Program-made: the position numbers and the translations under genes | Notes under the pieces: generated by a model | The model's input: only the letters and a program-made list of their open reading frames with translations | The model's database searches: none | Told to the model about the DNA's origin: nothing | Part shown: piece after piece, positions 63,399 to 64,000 of the stretch | How the letters are laid out: every line of letters starts with the position of its first letter | How positions within the stretch are numbered: the first letter of the stretch is position 1 | DNA from: an uncultured Roseivirgaceae bacterium | Lineage (GTDB): Bacteria; Bacteroidota; Bacteroidia; Cytophagales; Cyclobacteriaceae | Length of the DNA stretch: 64,000 nucleotides | NCBI GenBank assembly: GCA_964591785.1 | Contig: CAZQDI010000002.1 | Span: 443-64,442 of the forward strand | Reading direction: 5' to 3'

Positions 63399-64000
63399 TT
63401 ATTGGCGTTCATAAGCAGAAAAACCAGTTGCTCTTCGGATGAGCGAAGGATTATCAAATCGATGTTTCATACGATCCATCGCCTGATACAATCGAATCAT
63501 TTTGATGTTGTCCTGGAAAAGGTCGATTTGATGATTTCCATGGACCATTCCAGAAAGTTTGACCCCAATTAATCGAAGTAGCATCCTTCGGTGATAGAGC
63601 CTATCAAATAATTCATATGCATAGTTGATCAATACGTCATCATTAGCAGTGAAGGCAATTTTCTTTTGCGCGCTTTCTGTATCTCTATTTGAATAGCGAA
63701 TTCTAATTGCAATTGTTGAACACATGAGATTGCTGTCTCTCAACTGAAAAGCTACTTTCTCAACCATTGCCAGCAATAACGCCTTAAGCTCTTTGACATC
63801 TTGTGTGTCCTTATCAAACGTCTTCTCGGTAGAGATCGACTTTTTAATTTGATATGGAACAATCGGACTTGAATCGATCCCATTAGCTTTTTTCCAAATA
63901 CTTAACCCAGGTTTTCCTAATAGTTCCTGCATCGACTCGGGCGGTACCTGACGCAAGGTTTCAATGATTTTGATACTAATTCTTCTTAGAAACCTGTAGG
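63399..64000 (-). CDS. Y-family DNA polymerase, ImuB/DinB-like (5' end outside window)
   Basis: The frame is open to the window edge, and the ORF-track M at 63956 is really an internal TTG. The thumb/little-finger-like sequence ...LRQVPPESMQELLGKPGLSIWKKANGID... together with the position directly upstream of dnaE2 fits an imuB-dnaE2 cassette. Confidence 0.75.
   Translation of the reverse strand, partial: YRFLRRISIKIIETLRQVPPESMQELLGKPGLSIWKKANGIDSSPIVPYQIKKSISTEKTFDKDTQDVKELKALLLAMVEKVAFQLRDSNLMCSTIAIRIRYSNRDTESAQKKIAFTANDDVLINYAYELFDRLYHRRMLLRLIGVKLSGMVHGNHQIDLFQDNIKMIRLYQAMDRMKHRFDNPSLIRRATGFSAYERQ

Noticed and set aside
1-64000. CRISPR arrays, tRNA/rRNA/tmRNA genes, IS elements, integrases, prophage genes, toxin-antitoxin pairs, restriction-modification or other named defence systems.
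   Set aside because: No spaced direct-repeat arrays are present, and there are no cloverleaf-like or rRNA-like stretches in the few intergenic gaps. No translation in the ORF track resembles a transposase, recombinase, nuclease, methylase or a known defence protein.

Overview
This is a tightly packed 64-kb chromosomal segment that looks like a Bacteroidota (Cytophagia/Flavobacteriia-like) genome. Two proteins end in type-IX-secretion (T9SS) C-terminal sorting domains. Many lipoproteins combine Ig-like/BACON/IPT domains with beta-propellers. There are three duplicated-FtsX orphan permeases, two of them overlapped by PadR regulator genes, and a LytS/LytTR pair beside a CarboxypepD_reg-type outer-membrane barrel. 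I call 46 CDS (36 on the minus strand), one apparently frameshifted gene fragment, two hairpin terminators and a few candidate operator/promoter elements. I found no rRNA, tRNA, CRISPR array, transposase, integrase, phage gene or recognisable defence gene. Recognisable functions are greB, selO, an imuB-like + dnaE2 mutasome, a GH13 sugar phosphorylase with a Na/solute symporter, an APC permease, an M14 carboxypeptidase, a beta-lactamase-fold hydrolase, SDR/AraC, and an ECF sigma factor followed by an AhpD-like/SRPBCC operon. Six loci are candidates for undescribed biology, none proven. (i) An orphan, translationally coupled pair at 24947-27897: an 11-TM/coiled-coil 771-aa membrane protein plus a secreted coiled-coil protein. 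(ii) A histidine-motif membrane/periplasmic pair next to an OsmC-like gene at 52186-55789. (iii) A five-gene island of Ig-like/propeller surface proteins at 6221-15583. (iv) A ~1500-aa T9SS cargo made of 19 copies of a ~54-aa FDVSTA repeat I do not recognise. (v) An ECF sigma with a fused Cys4 extension and no anti-sigma gene. (vi) PadR plus prefix-domain FtsX modules with clear candidate operators. All functional calls come from motif recognition in the supplied translations and from reading the DNA by eye. No database search or folding computation was possible.
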